Assembly (NCBI GenBank): GCA_022450865.1
Contig: JAKUOQ010000002.1
Span: 1 to 63,954, forward strand
DNA: 63,954 nucleotides
Source of the DNA: Nitrospinales bacterium
Lineage (GTDB): Bacteria > Nitrospinota > Nitrospinia > Nitrospinales > VA-1
Direction: 5' to 3'
The first letter of the stretch is position 1, and each line of letters opens with the position of its first letter. Positions 59,516 through 63,954 of this stretch are shown one piece after another. The notes below the pieces were generated by a model. It worked only from the letters and a program-made list of their open reading frames with translations, did not search any database and was not told where the DNA came from. The translations under genes and the position numbers were made by a program.

Positions 59516-59791
59516 CTAATCCTCTGGTAGGTATGGGCCATACCGGTCGCGGTAATATTTTTCAAGGTCCCAACGAAACTTGCCTTTCAGGTGAGGCAGT
59601 TCTTCGCTTACTTTATGGTCAAAAGCAACGTATTCCTCTGACTGTTTCTGGGTCTCTTCGTCTCTTTTGACATTTGCATCGAGATAGGAGTCACCCAGGC
59701 AGGAAGTACCCACAATGAGTTTTTGTCCTCTTTTAATCCATCGGCCCAGCATGAGGCGTTCTTCATCTGTTCCAGGTTCCACTATTGCCAT
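59516..59791 (-). CDS. hypothetical protein (91 aa)
   Basis: ORF 5 nt upstream of the Rieske-like gene on the same strand. No family recognised. Confidence 0.45.
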   Translation of the reverse strand: MAIVEPGTDEERLMLGRWIKRGQKLIVGTSCLGDSYLDANVKRDEETQKQSEEYVAFDHKVSEELPHLKGKFRWDLEKYYRDRYGPYLPED

Positions 59792-60054
59792 AATTACTTT
59801 CTTTTTGTTGGAAAAGCTCCCTGCGTCTGCCTATTACCCTTTAGGGCATGAATGCTTTGAAAAATATAACACAGGGTGAATATAAAACCCCAATCGAGAA
59901 CGATACGGGCTTTTTTTCGCCAGTTAATGCCTCGGCCAATATCCTCCGGCGGTTAGCCGGTTGCATTGTTTAGGGACAATAAGGTAGCATATATCCTTAT
60001 CCATTTTCAATTTTGTCGTTAACCCCTTTTAATTAAGAGAAGTAGAGGAACAAT

Positions 60055-60585
60055 ATGTCATCAGAACCACAAACAGAAAAAATTGCGGAAGAACACTTTA
60101 AAGATGGCCTGGCGTTCAGCAAGCTGGGTGACGACCGCAGAACTTTTGAATCTTATAAAAAAGCCATTGATCTCGACCCGGATCATTTTCTTGCTCATTT
60201 TAACATTGGCATTCGCTACGGTAAGCTTCGCATGAACCTGGAAGCTTCTAAATCTTTCCGCGAAGCACTTCGCATAAAACCCGAAGCTCCGATGGTTCAT
60301 TACAGTTTGGCTGTGGTGAGCAATCTCATCGGTGAGATGGAGGAGGCCTTCAAGCATTACAAGGAAGCTATTCGCATCAACCCGGATTTTGGAAGAGCCC
60401 ACAGCAATATTGCGATGCTGTATTACGGATTAAAACATGGCAAGGAAACGATCCATCATCTAGCTAAGGCCGCAGATATTTTTAAGGAAACGGGAGAAGA
60501 TTTCATGGAAAAAAATGCCCGAGACCTGTTGCAGGAATGTGGTAAGGAATTTGGACTGACTCCTGAAGATTGCCAAACATTATAA
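60055..60585 (+). CDS. TPR-repeat protein
   Basis: Consecutive 34-aa TPR units (SYKKAIDLDPDHFLAHFNIG, SFREALRIKPEAPMVHYSLA, HYKEAIRINPDFGRAHSNIA). Confidence 0.85.
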   Translation: MSSEPQTEKIAEEHFKDGLAFSKLGDDRRTFESYKKAIDLDPDHFLAHFNIGIRYGKLRMNLEASKSFREALRIKPEAPMVHYSLAVVSNLIGEMEEAFKHYKEAIRINPDFGRAHSNIAMLYYGLKHGKETIHHLAKAADIFKETGEDFMEKNARDLLQECGKEFGLTPEDCQTL

Positions 60586-60597
60586 TTTTCAACCTTC

Positions 60598-61968
60598 ATG
60601 GAATTTGATGTTGTAATTTTAGGCGGTGGTTCGGCAGGATACGCCGCCGCTTCTACTGCCCAATCCCACGGTGCAAAAGTGGCCATTGTAGATCCCGGCC
60701 CTCTGGGTGGACTCTGCATTCTCCGTGGGTGTATGCCTACCAAAACTATTCTCCGTTCATCAGACATCATCTCATTAATGCGTCGGGCCGAGGAGTTTGG
60801 TTTACTTCCTGTTAAAGCCAGAGCTGATCTCGCTGCTATCAACGATCGCAAAAATCAGTTGATAAGAGAATTTACTGATTACCGTGTCGAACAGTTGAAA
60901 GATCCTCGCTTCAAACTGATCCAGGAAAAAGCCGAATTTATTTCCCCAACTGAAGTACAGGTTGGGAAAAGTATACTTAAAGCAAAATCATTTATTATAG
61001 CCACGGGTTCCGTTATTGCCGAATATCCTATCCCCGGATTAAAAGAAACGGGATATGTCACCAGCGATGAAGTTTTAACCATGCGCAATACCCCCGAGTC
61101 AATCATTGTTTTAGGGGCTGGCGCGGTTTCCGTTGAGCTGGCACAATTTTTTCTCCGTATTGGTACTAAAGTGACTTTGATACAGAGAAGCAGCCACATC
61201 CTATCTTCGGGCGATGAAGATCTAGCACATCCCGTTGAAGATCGCTTTCGCGAAGAAGGTATGGACCTTTATACCGGAACAAAAATTATAAAAGCCATTC
61301 GGGAAAATAACCGTTCAATAATCTTTTTTGAGCACGAAGGAAAAGAAAAACGTGTCGAAGCAGAATTCATTTTCCAGGGTTTGGGTCGAAGGCCGAATAT
61401 TGACGGACTCAACCTGCCCGCGGCAGGCGTGGCTACAGATAAAGGTCGTGTGACGGTTAATCCCGAAATGCGCACCAGCCAAAAAAATATTTTTGCAGTG
61501 GGAGATGTGAATGGTCTTCATGAGGTGGTTCATATAGCCATTCAGCAAGGGGAAATAGCCGGATTCAACGCATGTTCACCTAATCAATCGAAAGAGGTCG
61601 ATGATCGCCTAAAAGCATCAGTCGTGTTTACAGATCCCGCAGTGGCGAGTGTCGGCTTGAGCGAAAAAGAATGCAAGGCTGCAAACATTGATTATCTAGT
61701 GGCATCGCATCCATTCAGCGACCACGGGAAATCCATGTGCCTCGGCGAAACACACGGACATGTGAAAATTTTATGTAATCCTACGACCGGTGAGGTATTG
61801 GGAGGACATATCGTTGGACCAGAGGCGGGAGAATTGATTCACGAGATTATTACTCTGATGCATTTCCACGGAACAGTAAAGGACTTGATAAACATTCCAC
61901 ATTATCATCCTACCCTTGCGGAGATCCTGACTTATCCCGCTGAAGAGCTGGTTGAAAAAATAAAATAA
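60598..61968 (+). CDS. class I pyridine-nucleotide disulfide oxidoreductase, dihydrolipoyl dehydrogenase family
   Basis: FAD motif VVILGGGSAGYAAA, redox disulfide GGLCILRGCMPTK (C-x4-C), NAD motif VLGAGAVSVELA, and C-terminal HYHPTLAE. Adjacent to gcv genes, so probably the L-protein. Confidence 0.8.
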   Translation: MEFDVVILGGGSAGYAAASTAQSHGAKVAIVDPGPLGGLCILRGCMPTKTILRSSDIISLMRRAEEFGLLPVKARADLAAINDRKNQLIREFTDYRVEQLKDPRFKLIQEKAEFISPTEVQVGKSILKAKSFIIATGSVIAEYPIPGLKETGYVTSDEVLTMRNTPESIIVLGAGAVSVELAQFFLRIGTKVTLIQRSSHILSSGDEDLAHPVEDRFREEGMDLYTGTKIIKAIRENNRSIIFFEHEGKEKRVEAEFIFQGLGRRPNIDGLNLPAAGVATDKGRVTVNPEMRTSQKNIFAVGDVNGLHEVVHIAIQQGEIAGFNACSPNQSKEVDDRLKASVVFTDPAVASVGLSEKECKAANIDYLVASHPFSDHGKSMCLGETHGHVKILCNPTTGEVLGGHIVGPEAGELIHEIITLMHFHGTVKDLINIPHYHPTLAEILTYPAEELVEKIK

Positions 61969-63315
61969 TTACATTTCTTCCAGCTTGTCTGCGAGCCGAT
62001 CCATATCTTCCTGACTACTCAATTCTGTAGTGCAAAGGAGGAGGCAGTTCTTTAATTCCGGATAATGTTGTTCCAGAGGGTAACCCCCAATGATGTGATC
62101 CTGTTTTAATATTTGTAAAACTTCTTTAGCCGGTCGGGGACATTCGAGAACGAATTCGTTGAAAGAATGAGTTCCAAATTTAATTTCAAATCCAGAAATA
62201 TGTGCCAATCGGTTTTTCAGGTAATGCGCTTTTCTAACATTGAGCGTCGCCATTTCGTACAAACCCTGTTTACCAAGAGTCGACAGAAAAATAGTCGCCG
62301 CCAGTGCGCAAAGTCCTTGATTGGTACAAATATTTGAGGTCGCCCGTTCGCGCCGGATATGTTGCTCCCGAGTAGACAAGGTGAGAACATAGGCGCGCTT
62401 GCCATTTTGGTCTTTAGTTTCTCCGACGAGTCTTCCCGGCATTTGGCGCAGAAATTTTTCGCGCGTGGCAAAAAATCCCACATAAGGACCGCCAAATGAA
62501 ACCGGCAACCCAAAAGATTGTCCTTCTCCTACCACAATATCAGCTCCCCGTTCTCCGGGTGGTTTTAAGATACCCAAAGATATTGCTTCTGCAACGGCTA
62601 CAATCAGCAAGGTTCCATTTTTAGAGAGCGATTCAGCCAACGAGACATATTTTTCGACAGTTCCAAAAAAGTTGGGAGATTGAATAACAACAGCGGCTGT
62701 ATTTTCTGTCAAGTTTTTTAAAATGAATTCGAAGTCAGTACCCCCTTCCGCCGTGTAAGGGACCTCCTTTAAATCAAATTTGCTTCCTCGGGTATAAGTG
62801 TCAACGACACTGCGATACTCTGGATGTATAGCACTCGATACTAAAAACTCATTTCTTCTATTGATCCGGTATGCCATCATCACCGCTTCGGCCAATGCAG
62901 AAGCGCCGTCATACATAGAAGCATTAGCAATTTCCATTCCAGTAAGCAGACAGACCATAGTTTGAAATTCAAAAATGGCCTGCAAAGTTCCTTGACTGAC
63001 TTCTGGCTGATAAGGGGTATAACTGGTCGCAAATTCCCCACGCGAAATCAAATGGTCGATCAATATCGGGGAAAAATGGCGATAAGCTCCCGCACCCAGA
63101 AAAATGGATTCGTCTTCAGAGGTAGTATTTTTTTTTTGTAGTCTCTTCAGATATTCTGTTAATTCACTTTCTGGAAGACTTGGAGGCAAAGCCAGTAACT
63201 CATTGTTCAGCCGTAAAGACTCAGGGATGCTATCAAACAATTCATCAATATTTTTCACACCAATCTCGGCGAGCATTTGTTTGACATCTTGTTCAGTATG
63301 GGGGATATATCGCAT
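61969..63315 (-). CDS. gcvPA: glycine dehydrogenase (aminomethyl-transferring) subunit 1
   Basis: MRYIPHTEQDVKQMLAEIG N-terminus, TSYTPYQPEVSQGTLQ motif, 448 aa. Confidence 0.93.
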   Translation of the reverse strand: MRYIPHTEQDVKQMLAEIGVKNIDELFDSIPESLRLNNELLALPPSLPESELTEYLKRLQKKNTTSEDESIFLGAGAYRHFSPILIDHLISRGEFATSYTPYQPEVSQGTLQAIFEFQTMVCLLTGMEIANASMYDGASALAEAVMMAYRINRRNEFLVSSAIHPEYRSVVDTYTRGSKFDLKEVPYTAEGGTDFEFILKNLTENTAAVVIQSPNFFGTVEKYVSLAESLSKNGTLLIVAVAEAISLGILKPPGERGADIVVGEGQSFGLPVSFGGPYVGFFATREKFLRQMPGRLVGETKDQNGKRAYVLTLSTREQHIRRERATSNICTNQGLCALAATIFLSTLGKQGLYEMATLNVRKAHYLKNRLAHISGFEIKFGTHSFNEFVLECPRPAKEVLQILKQDHIIGGYPLEQHYPELKNCLLLCTTELSSQEDMDRLADKLEEM

Positions 63316-63348
63316 TTTTTGAGAAACCAGAAAGTTTGTTAAGGGTAA

Positions 63349-63738
63349 CTATCCTTGCTCCTTATTACACCGCTCAATATATTCTTCAGGACTCATTAAT
63401 TTTTCTAATTCATTGTCATCTGAAAACTCTATTTCAATGATCCATCCATTTCCATAAGGCGCATCGTTTACTTGCTCAGGGTGGACCTCTAGATCCTTAT
63501 TTACAGCAGTAACAGTACCGCTGATGGGAGCATAAAGATCAGAAACAGTTTTAACGGATTCCACAACTCCAAAAGGGTTTTCCTGTTCTATCAAAGTTCC
63601 AACTTCTGGCAATTCGACAAAAACAATGTCTCCCAGTTGATCTTGTGCGAAGTGAGTGATACCAACAGTTGCATTTTTTCCATCCACACGTATCCATTCA
63701 TGTTCTTGCGTATAGAGAAGATTTTCAGGGACCTCCAT
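63349..63738 (-). CDS. gcvH: glycine cleavage system H protein
   Basis: YTQEHEWIRV and the lipoyl-lysine context VESVKTVSDLYAPISG. Confidence 0.95.
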   Translation of the reverse strand: MEVPENLLYTQEHEWIRVDGKNATVGITHFAQDQLGDIVFVELPEVGTLIEQENPFGVVESVKTVSDLYAPISGTVTAVNKDLEVHPEQVNDAPYGNGWIIEIEFSDDNELEKLMSPEEYIERCNKEQG

Positions 63739-63753
63739 GATTCCTCCAGAAAA

Positions 63754-63954
63754 TTAATAGTTTATTTTTTTAACACGGCTTGGCAGGAAAGGCAGCTTGA
63801 CGACCTCAGCAGGTACCTTCAACTTTCTGATTTCCACATCCAGTTTGGTTCCGGGTTTTGTATGTTCTGTGGATACATAACATAAACCGATCCCCGTATT
63901 CAAGGAAGGAGAAAATGTTCCGCTTGTCAGCTCTCCAATTAGTGATCCTTCATT
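63754..63954 (-). CDS. gcvT: aminomethyltransferase (glycine cleavage T protein), C-terminal fragment at the window edge
   Basis: Hand translation gives ...NEGSLIGELTSGTFSPSLNTGIGLCYVSTEHTKPGTKLDVEIRKLKVPAEVVKLPFLPSRVKKINY*, which matches the GcvT C-terminus pattern G.vTSG..SP.l...I.l.Yv. Confidence 0.85.
   Translation of the reverse strand, partial: NEGSLIGELTSGTFSPSLNTGIGLCYVSTEHTKPGTKLDVEIRKLKVPAEVVKLPFLPSRVKKINY

Noticed and set aside
59857-59917. TTGAAA-N18-TATAAA promoter-like element followed by a CCC(A)ATCG-AGAA-CGAT(AC)GGG hairpin and T7, which could be a tiny sRNA or an attenuator before the TPR/lpd genes.
   Set aside because: The predicted transcription start would fall inside the 5' arm of the hairpin, so the two elements are mutually inconsistent. 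The stem is weak and interrupted. A 41-codon ORF in the same spacer (59848..59973) has no usable SD.

Overview
The window reads as a bacterial chromosomal core region from a diderm organism: it carries lipobox lipoproteins, an MlaC-like protein, an RND transporter and a long YidC. It is densely coded, with about 60 CDS. By eye I found no rRNA, tRNA, CRISPR array, transposase, integrase or prophage genes.

Recognisable housekeeping blocks:
- fumC with an RpoH-type sigma factor.
- aroC, an IHF/HU-type gene, sppA, rpsA, cmk, tyrA and pheA.
- glnD, monomeric icd and mdh.
- arsC, and lexA with dinB.
- pepA and trxA.
- rpmH-rnpA-yidD-yidC.
- gcvT-gcvH-gcvPA next to an Lpd-family flavoprotein.

Poorly characterised modules sit between these blocks and are the best candidates for new biology:
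1. Two tandem 600-aa cobalamin-domain-like radical SAM paralogs at 54995..58658. Their cluster motif is C-x4-C-x2-C rather than the canonical spacing, and no substrate gene is nearby.
2. A tight KamA-family aminomutase / glutaredoxin-like / glutathione-synthetase-like ATP-grasp operon at 46607..49376, with DDAH-like and gamma-glutamylcyclotransferase-like genes close by.
3. A central cluster at 27.3-37.4 kb: an MlaC-like protein, a GHMP sugar-kinase-like protein, an HpnN/MMPL-type RND transporter, a TPR protein, an orphan radical SAM/SPASM enzyme, a Sel1 protein and a 1006-aa membrane-fused spermidine-synthase-like/TPR protein.
4. Two tandem ribonuclease-inhibitor-type LRR proteins.
5. Two tandem TolB-N/DUF799-like lipoproteins, one carrying a SPOR domain.
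6. An orphan NuoF-type flavoprotein fusion behind a 459-bp structured leader.
7. A small operon encoding a Rieske-fold protein with altered ligand residues.

All functional calls come from motifs read in the supplied translations and from family knowledge recalled from memory. No database search was run.
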